The position numbers and the translations under genes are program-made. Positions 37,674-52,250 of a DNA stretch of 64,000 nt are shown here, one piece after another. This stretch comes from Octopus vulgaris. Lineage: Eukaryota. The notes under the pieces are model-generated. The model saw only the letters and a list, made by a program, of their open reading frames with translations, ran no database searches and had not been told where the DNA came from. Location of the stretch: the NCBI GenBank assembly GCA_951406725.2, contig OX597817.1:102052001-102116000 (forward strand), in the 5' to 3' direction. Position 1 is the stretch's first letter, and the number at the start of each line of letters is the position of its first letter.

Positions 37674-38281
37674 TTTAAGAGACAGAACCACCTTCAGGCA
37701 ACTCAATCAACATTGAACGGCATTATCTATGATAGAGATATATAAGATTAACTTTTATCAAAATTAATATCTACAGTTCTTACTCTGAATCTTATAGACT
37801 TTTATCTCATTATGCTTTGAATTTGCAAATTCGTAGGATCTCTCCGTACCCAGGGATCCCACGATCTCTAAATCTGGCGCTGCCTGCTAGAGGGTTTGGT
37901 GACGATATCCTGGACTTGCAAGATTAACTTGGCCGTCTTGTGGACATGTGACAGCTAAGAACGTTCTTTTTAACTATAGATGACGCGTCCCCGCCAGAAG
38001 CTACCGGCTCTTTTTTTTTTTTTTATGAACATAGAAGAGTCGGTTAAATTCAAGAAGCTGGTGTGCTCTGAGTCCCTGTACTTGGTAACTATGGCTACTA
38101 GTAGTGTGTGCCTTTTGCTTTCTTGTGTGAGAGTGGAGTGTCGCCATGTTGATACTGTCGATTGTCTGAAAAAATTGAGAAACTTAAATCTGACTCTGCA
38201 TAACGTCATGTTGGTTCACATTCCATTTATAACCTATTGAAGTTGTATCCACAGATATCCAGTGCACCCTGTAGTATTTTG

Positions 38282-38393
38282 TGTATGTATGTATGTATGT
38301 ATGTATGTATGTATGTATGTATGTATGTATGTATGTATGTATGTATGTATGTATGTATGTGTATGTATTTATGTATGTATGTATGTATGTATG

Positions 38394-38425
<32 letters not shown>

Positions 38426-38470
38426 TGTATGTATGTATGTATGTATGTATGTATGTATGTATGTATGTAT
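38282..38470. repeat. (TATG)n microsatellite
   Basis: Direct observation. Confidence 0.95.
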
Positions 38471-38699
38471 GTTCGTTCTTCTGGTTTCATCTTAGAAATT
38501 TCTCACCATTAATGAAAGAACTCGTTTCCAATCCCAAAACAAAATGTTTTCATTGGAATTTAGACACTAAGTAGGTGGATATGCATGCACGTTTCTACAC
38601 ATATATGTATGTGCGCATGCATGTCATTTACATGTGTAGATCAGTATGCTTTGAATTATGTATGTGTATATGCACATATGTTTATGTTTGCATGTCTAT

Positions 38700-38905
38700 A
38701 CGTATGTATAAATCTACAGGCTAAACGTCTGCAATGTTTTACATATTTTCACAGTTCTATTAATAGCTAGTAATTGTAATTTCTTAATTAACCATTTCCT
38801 TTCTGGTTTTGTGTAGCCTAGTTTCTCAAGATTGGTGTCGACGCAGTTAGTTACATAACAAAATGTCCCAATAAACATAGGTATAAATAAAAAGTGAAGT
38901 TTACA
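38700..38905 (-). mobile_element. R4/Dong-like non-LTR extreme 3' fragment
   Basis: FIPMFIGTFCYVTNCVDTNLEKLGYTKPERK...TVKICKT is similar to the C-terminus encoded at 52015-52180. Confidence 0.65.
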
Positions 38906-40776
38906 TGCACGTACGTACGTACGTACGTATGTATGTATGATTGTGTGTGTGGGTGTGTTCAGCCTAATTTGAAGTAATCGTTTGAGAACGAAGACTATCT
39001 TAGATTTATAATGTCTATGATCATAGCGTGAATAAGCAACAGAATTGTTCATCGCAAAGTACTAATCAAATACTCGGGTTGATATATTCGATTGTTCTTT
39101 CCTCCCAAATTTAAGCCTTGTGCCTATGTAACAAATCAATATTTTCGTCATATTCTTGCACAAAAAAATCCACTTTTGTCTTAACTATTGTAAAACATAG
39201 GTGAGAAGTTGATTCGAACCAACAGTTGTTATTGCTAAAACAAAGCTCATTTTTTTTTTTTTGCATTGCAACAATCCAACAAAGGAGTTTCTATGCGGCC
39301 ACTCGACCACATTGAAAAATAGCAGCCAAATTTCTCAAAGCAATTTTACTATTTTGAAAATGGATGGACATACTGGAAACTGTAGCCCTAGTAACACAAA
39401 TAACGGGAGGAACAAGGATGGAACGCTTTTGATCATAACTGTGATCGATCAAGGCTTACTTCGTGGCTAAACAATTGTAACGTAACAAGCTCGACTTTTG
39501 TATATAATAAGTGAATTAATCCGTGTACATTACTGATTTCACTCACTTCTTATACATCTTATATCGAGAGGTACCCATATACTTTCTAACTCATATTTTT
39601 AGAAGCAGACGTTACAAATACCAAATGAAAGCTTTCCTGCCGTGTTGCTTTTATAAAATCGTTTCTAGACTGAGCAGACAACGTTACAAATTTGTAGCTT
39701 TAGAAAAGGTCAAAGTCTCTTACCTGGGGTGCGCTGTCAAAAAGTGCTTGCTGAATAGGTGAGCTGCCTTGCGCAGAAGATTTCAATTTCCCAAAACAAC
39801 TTTTTCTCTGGTCTAGAAGAAACAAATGGAAATTCATAAAGCGCCAGAAAGACAATCTGGCAGCTACATTTAAGAGTTGTCATGTCGACTATTCTGGTCT
39901 AAAAAAAGAAAGCTTTTGAATCAGCATTATACAAGTGAGATTTTGGCTGAAAGTGTCAACGCTCTATCAACATCGCTTTGCCTATATCTTACAGGTAAAA
40001 ATTATCCAAAAGAATTGAGCGTAGAGATGCACTGAAGAGGAATGTCAACAGTTAAAAAAGCTGTTGGTTGAAGAGCGATAAAGATGGTGCAAGCCAGTAA
40101 AGGAGAAAACATTTTAAGCATTCATGTAGTATATTGATTTGTAGCATTGGCAGACGATCGCTAATTCTGCGGGTTGATATCGTCGATTAAAGAGACATTA
40201 ATTAGTTTACTCACACACGCACCCGTACAAACACCCATCTCTTCTTTATTCCGTCCCACTCACACTATCTCTTCAATATCTCTCTCCTCGTCCTAAAAAA
40301 ATGAAAAAAAATAAATTGATTCCCGTTGGGATTTGATGTTATAATATAGAAGTACATGCTACTAGATATTGTGGCTGGCGCAGTAACTGATTCTGCCATT
40401 CACTGCTATTTAAAGCTGTACTTAGTATTATAAGAATGGTGACGCAAGAACCGAAGTTAAGAGCTAGTGTTTATGTAAGTGAAGATTTGTTTATGTGATA
40501 TATGACTGTCTTTGAATACGATTTTAGAAGCTAGACACTGATTTATTAACAGTTTTTCATGTAGTGTGACTATTTGCTTTGCTAAGTGTGAGTAACTACT
40601 CAGAGTTGAGATGTTTCCGGGCTCTAAAATGAAAAATGAATTTTCATTGGTAGTTTTTTTCAATACCCGCCTTTCAGAAGATCGTTTGTATATAGCCTAT
40701 GTGATCTATGGTTATAAAAAGTCAACAATGGTTTTAATGGTAAAAGGGTGTTAGTTTAGAACTAAAACAAGATGTG

Positions 40777-41100
40777 AAGGCGCGTGGCTTAGTGGTTAGG
40801 AGCATTCGGCTCATGATCGTAAGGTCGTGAGTTCAATTCCCGACGGTGTGTTGTGTCCTTGAACAAGACACTTTATTTTACGTTGCTCCAGTCCACTCAG
40901 CTGGCAAAAATGAGTAGTACCTGCATTTCAAAGGGTCAGCCTTGTCACACTCTGTGTTACGCTGAATCTCTCCGAGAACTACGTGTTAAGGGTACACGTG
41001 TTTGTGGAGTGCTCAGCCACTTTCACGTTAATTTCGCGAGCAAACTGTTCCGTTCATCGTATCAGCTGGGACCCTCATCGTCGCAACTGACGGAGTGCTC
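40777..41100 (+). mobile_element. tRNA-derived SINE
   Basis: gaaggcgcgtggcttagtggttagg (A box) ... gagttcaattccc (B box), followed by SINE body. Confidence 0.8.
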
Positions 41101-42699
41101 CTTTTTTTTCTACAAGATAGCTTAATTTCTGAAGAGAGAAGTGTTATATTGTAAATAATGCTTACCTAGGGCCAATATATTACGGCCTTGTCAGAAGAGA
41201 AAAGACAACGCCTATTATCTTCTTGTAAGTCTTCCAAGACTGGTAGGTGAACAAGAAGAGACTGAAAATCTGGACCGAATATAAATGCATCTGAGAGAAC
41301 ATCACGAAGGCCAGATAGTGGTGTTAAACTGAATGACAAGTCTACCGCTCCAAAACATGTAAAATCCATCCAACGGACTTATGTAATTTTTACACAACAA
41401 GATTCAGTTCGGATTCGAAGCTATACAAGGAAACCCTTGCCCATCATGTCGTAAGAGTTTGTTGAATTCAACAAGTAATAAGTGTGACTCTGAACATCTT
41501 AACTACACGATCATGCCTGCATTAAAATACATTTCTGAACGCGATATATATAAAAGAACGATCGTAATATAACTAGAGAATATTACTCCTCTGTAACAAC
41601 ATGGTAGCATCCTGCACTTCCCACTTCTTTATGCATTTAACGTTCCTTTATTGTTGATTCGCATTGTTGATGAACAGTCACTTCCATGAATTTACAGAAG
41701 TAAATGTTTCAGTAAATATCTTTAGTATTGAGTAAACCTGGGCTTAGCTACATAGATGTGAATCGGTTTCCGTCTCTTCAAACTGAAGAATTCTCTCTCG
41801 CCAGAGATAGTAAGTTGCTTGACAAGAAAATTTGTTGGATTCCATTAAAAGATTGATGGTAGATTGTATTGCAGAAGAATAGTATAATGTTAAATTCGGT
41901 TTAATTGACGTGAAGACTAACTTGGCATGGGTTCTAACAAATGGAAAGTTCTGGCAATCTCATTCGACTTTTGAAATGTATGTGTGTATTTTGTTGTATA
42001 CTTACATTTTTATTCTTTTTTTTTCATGCGACTACGTTTCATATTAGAATGCTTCAGTTTCTTTAAAAGTGTAAACATATTACCTATTTTTATAACATTT
42101 AGTACACGAATATGAGCAGATAATAATGGCAAATGTTCGTAATAGATAGAATACTGACAAAACTGAGGACTCTATAAGATATTTAAGAATAGAATAGAGG
42201 AAAGAAATATATTTCCTTCACAGGTAACGAATATTAGTGAGATTGTTCTTTTTCTTAAAGCAGCAAGGAGTGAAGAAAATTATAGAATAAATGAATAAGC
42301 AATTCGATCTGCATGTTTCATCGTTTTTTTTCTTGCTGTCATTGACAGTGTAAATTTCTCCTGGTGTTGATGCGTCCAGAATAGACAAATTTTAATACAT
42401 ATTTCAGCTTATTTTGATATCTAATGCTGATAGATTCCTTATGTATATATTTTTTTCTTTTTACATTGCCGAAAAGAGCATGTTCATTTACGAAAGTACT
42501 CAAGAAGGATTACCTTTTTCTAAAAAAGCTTTGTGCTGACAAAGTAAAATGTGACCTCTTTTGCAGAGTTCTCAGCGGTGATTGAGGCAGATCGGACATT
42601 AATAATCGTTTGAAATTTCAAAAGTACAAAGTAAGTTTGTTGCTGGTTTGTCATGATCAGATACTTAGAGAAGTTAGAAATAATCAAATTGAAGCTTTT

Positions 42700-43640
42700 C
42701 GTTAGCGAAGAAAAGTCTCTTGTTCTTTTCAGAAATTGAGTTTCAAGACATTCAACTGTTCGTCAAAGCTTGTCTCAAAACTTTATAGGTTTTGTTATAG
42801 TTGAATATAAAATGCTGTTACAACATACTAATATCAGAATTTTGTCAGTGTTACGAATTCTTAACATTTTTGCAGGTTTAAAATCTGATCCCGGAAAAAA
42901 AACAAGAAAAAAGAAAAACAACAGCAAAATACAAAACAAAACAATTATTTGAAAATGATTTTGAAGAAATGTATTTATGGTTTGTACATGGACAATTTAA
43001 CCTTTTCGACAAATCGATTCTAGCCATAGAGAAGGACAATTCCAACGAGGCAGATATCAAACTGAAAATGCAAAATCTGATTACAAAAATAGAAGAAAGA
43101 AAAATCTTTGGACTTGTGCTTCTAAATGCAAAGGACTTGTTAAGAAAACTTGAAGAAAAGGTGAAGGTATTGAACAACCGAAAAAAGAATTAAAAAGTTT
43201 TTATGAAAGATGTCGCCAATATCTAGAGCATTGAACAAGCTAAAGAGTTTGTATGATTAAATTATGGAGACATATAATAACCCAGTATTGTGTAGGCTAC
43301 AGTTAAGATGAACCAAAAGACTGTAAGACAATAAATATTGATAAATTATTTGATGAAGCTGTTATTGAGAAGGCTTGGCTTCTAAGGCAGAAGTTTAGAC
43401 AACACAAAAATTTAAGCATGAAGAAAAGTGACATTTTTTTCGTTTTGTTCATTGCAATGAAAAGCACATATTAGCAAAAAAAAAATCTTGGTGCTGTAGT
43501 AGAATACATTCTTTGTCTTCCTGGTACTTCTGCACCAGATGAATTGTTTTCTGTAGTAAATTATGGGTGGTCAGATGAGAGGGGTAATATGGCAGGAGCT
43601 GTAAATAAGCATTCCACTAATCTGCTCAGAATATTTTGAC
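42700..43640 (+). mobile_element. Degenerate hAT-like transposase
   Basis: ORF 42969..43193 plus VEYILCLPGTSAP...FS....WSDER, resembling the hAT dimerisation motif at about 43495-43585. Confidence 0.55.
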
Positions 43641-44922
43641 AAAATTGATAATGACAATGAATTTCTTACTGAAGTAATTTCAAGTGACAAATAAGGAAGC
43701 ACTGATGGTTGAATAAAATATCACCTGACAATAAAAAACGTGTTTAGTTTTATTTTTAAATGGTACTGTTCTACTTTACAATATTTTATATACGCGTTGT
43801 CTGGTAAAGAATAGCTGCTCCTGTTTCTGTTCCTCGTCCATCTATGTCTCTCAGTCAGACTCATAACTTTCTAAGTGTAAGTCACACGTCTTACTAGCAT
43901 ACATGTATCACTTCAGTACTTATTACGAACTGCCTTTACACCAGAAGAAAACGTACAAGCGGTAAAAATTCCAAGATCCTCTGGTTAGTGGGGTGAGGCG
44001 ACTCGTTCTTCCTTAACACTCAACCCACACACTGTAGCTCTTCAACCTTTGTGTGATATTGAAATTGGTTTCAGCCTCCATTGGTTCAAGTTTCACCTCT
44101 GAAAATTATGGTAATCCTAGACATGAGGTTAGCAAGGATGATATTAAAGAATTGTAAATTTATCCTTAAAGTGTTCCAAATAGGATTTATGACAAATATC
44201 TAAACTTTGATACCTTTGAAAAGAAAAAAAGGAAAAGACATTCTACATGTTTGAGGAAACAGGAATGGTGGTTCCCACGGTGAAGCGTGTTATGAAGCAG
44301 CATGAACCCATAACACAACTTTCATCAAAATAAAAGAAACAAAGCAACAAGACAGCAAGAGTCGAATAATTGGTTTTAACCTTCGTACAGCACCAGATAT
44401 TAATAGATATGACACAAAGCGGACGAAAGCCTTGCCAACACCAACTAACGTATGTACTACAAAATAAGCTTTTTTTGCATCCACGAACAGACAATACTTC
44501 CAAGCAGAAGAAAGCTATTTCTTGAATGTACTTTAGATGACTGGGACAGCCATTTCGCGAAAACTCGATTCAATAATGGTTCCTGGAAACTGGTATTGAT
44601 CATCCAGCTGATCTTCTTCCGCGATCTCAAAAAAAAAAAAACTGTATTTGAGAAGCGAATTCTGTTTTATTTTTTTTAATCTTTTATTTGTTTCAGTCAT
44701 TGGTCTGCGATCATACTGGAACATTGCCTTGAAGGGTTTTGTCGAACGAATCGACCCTAATATTCATTTCTTAAAGACTAGTACTCATTCAATCGGTCTC
44801 TTTTGTTAAACCGCTATTTGGCGGGGATGTGAATAAACCAATACAGGTAGCGGGTGACAGACACAAATACAAACACAGACACGCATAATTACATACATAC
44901 ATACATACATACATACACACCC

Positions 44923-44955
<33 letters not shown>

Positions 44956-46188
44956 CACACACACACATTTTTACACATTTTTAGTGTGATTTCTGGATAA
45001 ATAGAATCATGTGGTTATCACGGAAAGCTCCAGCGGATCTGGGGTTTGCAGGCTACATAGTAATCCTGTATAGAGGAATGTTATGCATAATTCTATGCAC
45101 CTGAAATTCAGGAGATCCGATCGATGTAAACCATAAAATGTCAGGATGTATGAGAGGTGAATATTTTTCTTTAACCACCTGTCATCTTTAAGATTACGGC
45201 AGTTTCGCAGCCTTCATCGTATAATAATAATTTCAGTGTATAACAAATTATTTTACATGTCTGCACTAGTATGCATGCTACACATTATACAATACAATTG
45301 TATATTTTCTAATCAGTGGTCATAAAGAAAGCGAGCTGATCAGATCACTAGAACATCATGGTAACACCAATTTTACAATTCTAAGTATACGTAAGATACT
45401 TTTTACTCGATGACGTATAACATTCCAGTCTATTATATTTAATGCCTAAACCATTTTTTTCTTTTTACATATCATTGAAACTGCTACTCCTTGATGATTG
45501 CATGATTCTGCAATTCTGCACCTGGAAATCTCTATGTATTCCTGTTTGCATCTATCTTAAATATTATTTCCTTTATATTACACATGATTCATGGAATTTA
45601 ATCTTATAGTCCCATTTGGCAGATTCAATCTAATTGAAGTGTTTACTTTATAGTAGTATGGACAGACTATGCTTTTATATGCATATGCTTTTATAAGAAC
45701 CTGTATACATATTTGTTTTAATAAGATACTTATGCGTATATGTATAGATTTGTACGTATGTATAAGCCTATATGATTTTCGATCTGAACTCCACGAACTT
45801 TGCGAAATATTTTAGTGTAAACGCAGATATCAAAACATCTTCTTCACCATGTCTCAATTCCTAAACCTTCTAAACCAAACATCACTAAAGAAGAAAAGTT
45901 TGCTATCAAAAGACCACAGAGTGACAATTCCATCATAATACTTCCTTTCCAGAATATAAGTAGCTCACTCTCTTCATAAAACTGACATTGCCTGTACATG
46001 TGGTGGTGTAGGATCACTTTGACATTTGCCACACATCAGATGACGAAACGATTGCAGACCAACGTGAGATGAAACGTTTTGCTCAAGAACATAACGCACC
46101 GCCTGGGCCGAGAATAGGAGCCATGATCTTGAGTTCGTGAGTGCAACACCCTAACCTCTACACCTCTCTCTCATTCTCTCTCTTTCAG

Positions 46189-46266
<78 letters not shown>

Positions 46267-46269
46267 ATA

Positions 46270-46428
46270 TTGATTTCAAATTTTGACACAAGGCCAACAA
46301 TTTCAAGGAAGGTTCAACAGGCATTTATTTTATCGACCTCAGAAATTTGAACCCAGGCTGTAAAGACGGACGAAATGCTGCTAAGCATTTTGCCCGGCGT
46401 GCTAACGATTCTGTCAGCTCACCGCCTT
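46270..46428 (-). mobile_element. OK-type SINE, internally deleted
   Basis: ctaagcattttgcccggcgtgctaacgattctgtcagctcaccgcctt. Confidence 0.8.
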
Positions 46429-46463
46429 CACACGCATACATATATATATACATACATACAAAT

Positions 46464-46545
<82 letters not shown>

Positions 46546-46682
46546 TAGGAATTGTTTGTTTTTACATTGTTATAATAAAAATAATTTTATATTAATTTGT
46601 TGGTTTACTCTATACTTTTGTAGAGTACAAATTTATTCTTAAATAAGAATATTATTGAAAGTAACTCCAAAGTTTCGGTCAA

Positions 46683-46753
46683 CTAAGCCATCGTCTAAGC
46701 CAGCTAAGCCCATCATCTAAGCCAGATAAGCCATCTTCTAAGCCAGCTAAGCC

Positions 46754-46757
<4 letters not shown>
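46683..46757. repeat. 21-bp tandem repeat (ctaagccatcNtctaagccag), about 3.5 copies
   Basis: Direct observation. Confidence 0.85.
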
Positions 46758-46810
<53 letters not shown>

Positions 46811-47354
46811 TATACCGCCCCCAGTATTTGACTGAATGAAGAAAAGCTGAGTTGATGATGAAATAGACAGGCAAGTATTAACTAATTCCAACAACAGCAA
46901 GAATATTTCGATTTGTTCATTAATCATCCATGTCTACATGGGGATTTGAACACCTCACTACATGGAAACTAAACTCTCTTATAGAGTTTCTAGTAAGTAA
47001 GAGCTCGTTATTTCTCAGTTTTTTTCTTTCACTTGCGTCGACTTCATTTCCGCTCTCACGCCTTCTTTTGGTCTTCTTTTTCATTGTTATGCAAACTTTA
47101 ATCCCCAATTTTTTACGAGTGTTTATTCATAGACCATGTGGTATATTCATTTATTTGTTGTAATTATATATAGTTTAATGTGTGTCGCTCAGTTAACTAA
47201 TTAAAACTATTTCTTAAAAAAAAAATAATCTATTTTTGGAAAAAAATAGATTACTGTATAAGTAATTGTATGTGTTATACAAATGGAAATCTATATGCTG
47301 TTCTTCAGTCTGCTAGAAATTACAAACAAATCCACCTCAAACTATACTCTACTG

Positions 47355-47712
47355 AAAATTTTCCCGTTCTGTGGTGGCAGGCCCCCTCATCTGGGATACC
47401 AAATGCTGTGACACCTTCTCCAGCAGTTACCAGCACAGGCTCCACTGCGCGTCAGGCTTTGAAAAGCAAACTAAGTATCGGTCGCTTTCGGACAGGTTTA
47501 TGGTCGAGCCTGTGGCAGTGAAGACCTACGGCATTCTTGGCCCCCGGATTATATCTTTGTTTTCTGCTATCGGGGCGGAGATGGCTGTCTGCATGTGTGA
47601 ACCCCGTGAGTCAGAGTGGCTGTTTCAGCGCATCCACCTCACCATCCTCTGGGGCAACGCCTTTTCCACTTTGTCTCCTGGGGCCAGAGAGTTAACTTAT
47701 ATCAACGTTTAA
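47355..47712 (+). mobile_element. CRE-like non-LTR retrotransposon restriction-like endonuclease C-terminus
   Basis: LIWD..C.DTF...EKQTKY..L.....EPVAV.TYG..G...QRI.LTI..GNA motif in ORF 47371..47712. Confidence 0.7.
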
Positions 47713-48316
47713 CTGCAGATTTCATGGAAAAGCTTACATTACTATGACAGTAAACATACAGCATTTTGTCTCTACTGGCAATCTAAAATGGAACTCCTTT
47801 TCTTACAAGTCTACTCGAAAGGTGCTAACCTCACTTAACTCTTCAGCATTTAAACAGGCCGTATCTGTTTTATGTTCAAACTGGCCAAATCCATCCTCTG
47901 ACATGTATCCTACAATGTCATTCAATAAACAACCATATCATCGAACTCTCAAAGTTTTGAGATAATGCATGATTAATTCTTATGATCAAGAATAAATAAG
48001 TTTTACATTTGACAGAGTAATCTGAATGCTAAAGGTTAAACACCACCAACAACAACAACTACTACTACTACTGCTGCTGCTTTTGTTGTTGTTGTTGTTG
48101 TTGTTGTTCTTGTTAAGCAACAAGACAAGTAAGGGTGATTAGATGATGGTCTAGGGCTTAGGGGCGGGAGACCACAGACCTTGGAAAAAAAAACTTTGGT
48201 CGTCTTGTAGTTGAGAGCTCTTCGTTGACGCTCGACACCACTGGGAGGTGGCCCTTGAAGTCAGTGGAAATGGAGATCTCCAGGTCCAAATTCTTGAACG
48301 GCTGCTGCTGCTGCTG

Positions 48317-48366
<50 letters not shown>

Positions 48367-48764
48367 GCTACTACCGATTATTTTTTGCTCAACTTATACT
48401 AACTGGACTTCTATTCAAATAGAATATATTTCATTATTAAATCTCAGAACGAGATGTAAACAGTAATCGCTCGACAACGTAAAGTATTATAGCCATCTCA
48501 AGATGGCTAACCACAAAGGGGGGTGTTACTGTAGCTTGTAGCCCCAGGAGATCATCGTCTCCAGCTGGCTTTAGACACAATTTCTGTGCTCTTATGGTAT
48601 TTGCAAAGGGAGGCCATCCCTTTCTCGTAAGCCTAAGTGATACGCACCGGACCGCGGTTTCGAGATTATTGTCTCTTAGTTTTTCGAAATCAGTGGCAGA
48701 AATCACTAGAAAAACTCTTATATATTTGCAAACAGGCCTTGTCTTTCATCGTGATCCGGTGATT

Positions 48765-48813
48765 ACCGCCCGTTGATAAGAGACAATAATCTCGAAACCG
48801 CGGTTCGGTGCGT
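48765..48813 (+). ncRNA. Type I hammerhead ribozyme motif, U3-A8 core
   Basis: ccg-TTGATAA-gaga(caataa)tctc-GAAACCGCG-GTT-cgg; stem III palindrome ACCGCGGT; predicted cleavage after 48805. Confidence 0.75.
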
Positions 48814-49118
48814 ATCACTTAGGCTTAGGAGAAAGGGATGGCCTCCCTTTGCAAATACCATAAGAGCACAGAAAGTGTGCCTAAAGCCAGCTGGAGACGA
48901 TGATCTCCTGGGGCTAAAAAGCTACAGTAACACCCCCCTTTGTGGTTAGCCATATTGAGATGGCTATAATACTTTACATTGTCGAGCAATTACTGTTTAC
49001 ATCTCGTTCTGAGATTTAATAATGCTTGCAGTCAGTTTTTCGAAATCAGTGTCAGAAGTCACTAGAAAAAGTCATATATTTGCAAACAGGCCTTGTCTTT
49101 CATCGTGATCCGGTGATT

Positions 49119-49167
49119 ACCGCCCGTTGATAAGAAACAATAATCTCGAAACCGTTGTCCGGTGCGT
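49119..49167 (+). ncRNA. Second type I hammerhead motif, U3-A8 core
   Basis: ccg-TTGATAA-gaaa(caataa)tctc-GAAACCGTT-GTC-cgg; predicted cleavage after 49159. Confidence 0.65.
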
Positions 49168-49401
49168 ATCACTTAGGCTTAGGAGAAAGGGATGGCCTCC
49201 CTTTGCAAATACCATAAGGGCGCAGAAATTGTCTAAAGCCAGTTGGAGACGATGTTCTCCTGGGGCTAAAAAGCTACAGTAACACCCCACTTTGTGGTTA
49301 GCCATATTGAGATGGCTATAATACTTTACATAGAATATATTTCATCCCACATTTAACATCTCTATCATAGCCGATACTTCGTTTACTAACCATAAGTATG
49401 T

Positions 49402-49405
<4 letters not shown>

Positions 49406-49478
<73 letters not shown>

Positions 49479-49599
49479 TGTATATATATATATATATACT
49501 GTATATATTATATAATATATATATATACTGTATATATTATATAATATATATATATATATACTGTATATATTATATAATATATATATATATATATATACA

Positions 49600-49637
<38 letters not shown>

Positions 49638-49648
49638 TGTATATATAT

Positions 49649-49679
<31 letters not shown>

Positions 49680-49740
49680 TATATATATATATATATATAA
49701 TTTATATATATATATATACTGTATATATATTATATATACT
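49406..49740. repeat. Interrupted (TA)n array
   Basis: Direct observation. Confidence 0.95.
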
Positions 49741-50522
<782 letters not shown>

Positions 50523-50725
50523 CACACACATGCATACGAGGGAGCGGAGCTGGAAAGTTCCTGGCTTTAAGGGTATCACCAAAGGCCTGATTAGAGGCCC
50601 AACCTTCCAAAAAGCGATTGTGTTTAGTATTTAGCAACTGAGCAAACCAGTATGTGAAATTTGATTTAGTATTTCTGAATTGAATTTTCCCCTGTAAGTT
50701 TGGAATAATATTCCCTCATATTATC

Positions 50726-50768
<43 letters not shown>

Positions 50769-51164
50769 CCTGAAGCTGTTGTAGCTTCAATTTCAATTTG
50801 TTCAAATTGACCAATCTTGAAAGTAAGGAGTAGATTGTTTTATAATGTTTCATTCCAGGAAGCAAGCAGACTATGGTATTTAAAGTCGTTATCCAACAAA
50901 GATGAAAAGCCAACGATAGCCTAGCCATAAGAATTGTTAGGGGTGGAAGATGTCCAGAAAATTGTTCTGCAAGAGTTCTCGCTCTCTCTCTAGAAAAATA
51001 TTCGGATGAAAATGAACTGTCAACTGTCGTAAAACAAAGTTTTATGGCAATCGTTCGGTATTCGTACACGTCTTATGTAGATGTTCATCAATTTACGACA
51101 CATACACACACATACATTCATATATACATACATATATACGTACATACGTATATATGTCGTATCA

Positions 51165-52250
51165 TATCCCGTCGACAACATCTTTAACCACCAAGTGTCG
51201 AAGTACATCCCTTGACCAAGTTTGCATACATGAGGCTGATAACATCATAAGACTTGGAAGGCAGTTCTTTGAGCAACATTCTTTGTCTGATAACCATTCT
51301 TTGTCTGATAACATGCCCAAACAAGTCGCACAACTCTACCACAACGTATGATCAGATGCAAGGATGAGCCTATATGAGCAGAAGATTATGCATGGCTATG
51401 TTAGTAGAAAGCTCCGTGATGATAGTAACATCGATCATCAAAGCAGTTTATCATGGACCATGGAACAATAGCCGGATTACTACCTCCCGCTTTGAAGGGT
51501 ATGCGTTTGCAATCCAGGAACAGGAAATATCAACCAAGTACCTGATGTACAAAAGGGATAGAGATGCAGGAAAAGCAGTAAAATGTGATAACCGATGCAG
51601 ACTTTCTGGAGTTAAAACCGAAGATGTTACTCACATCATAAGCAGTTGTACGAAAATGTCATCATGGTATCATCTACCGATGAGACATGATGTTGTAGCT
51701 AGGACACTCTACAATGAAATCCGTCGGAAGGATAACCCCAAGGACAAAGAAATAAGAACCCACAGTATGGTAGAAGCCATAGCCACTCATAATAAAAAAG
51801 AGTACTGGTGGAATGTCCCAGTGAAAACCTCAATAAAATGTAAGCACAACATACCTGATATAACGATTTGGGATAGAGAAGAGAAACTGTGCACAGTTGC
51901 GGAAATTAGCTGCCCAGCGGAGATGTTAAACATAAAGCTGAAGATCAGTGAAAAAGAGAATACCTACGCTGAACTAATAAGAAATCTGAAGTTACCCTAT
52001 CCATATTACAAATTCAGGTTTATACCTGTAATTATTGGGGCCCTGGCATATGTAACACACTGCCTAAATATCAATTAGGTTTCTCAAAACCAGAAAGGAG
52101 AAAGCCAATTTGAAGACTACAGATCCAATCCATCACTGGAACTGTAAAAATCTGTAAAACTTTCCAGAAATTTATAATTTGAATATATATGGGCATGTCT
52201 AGATATGCAACTATATGGATGAGAATACATAAAGCAAAACATGCAAATCT
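51165..52250 (+). mobile_element. R4/Dong-like non-LTR retrotransposon, 5'-truncated (CCHC plus REL endonuclease)
   Basis: ORF 51374..52078: AIQEQEIST, CRLSG..EDVTHIISSC, RHDVVA, KHNIPDI, EISCP, K...Y; tail runs into (CATA)n. Confidence 0.85.

Larger units (their letters stand above)
48419..49345 (+). mobile_element. Non-coding hammerhead-containing retroelement insert (retrozyme-like / non-autonomous PLE): inverted arm plus two tandem 354-bp units, long TSD
   Basis: atagaatatatttcat at 48419-48434 and 49330-49345; 48432-48678 inverted relative to 48777-49024; direct units start at about 48679 and 49034. Confidence 0.85.

Noticed and set aside
40777-40850. tRNA-like sequence with A and B boxes
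   Set aside because: Continues into a SINE body and lacks a proper acceptor stem; a SINE head, not a tRNA gene.
41166-41369. Minus-strand 67-aa ORF next to an AG|gtaagc donor-like site
   Set aside because: No recognisable domain, weak acceptor, and an in-frame stop at the donor; cannot be supported as an exon.
46683-46757. Regular short repeats that might resemble a CRISPR array
   Set aside because: Tandem repeat with no unique spacers, in eukaryotic context.
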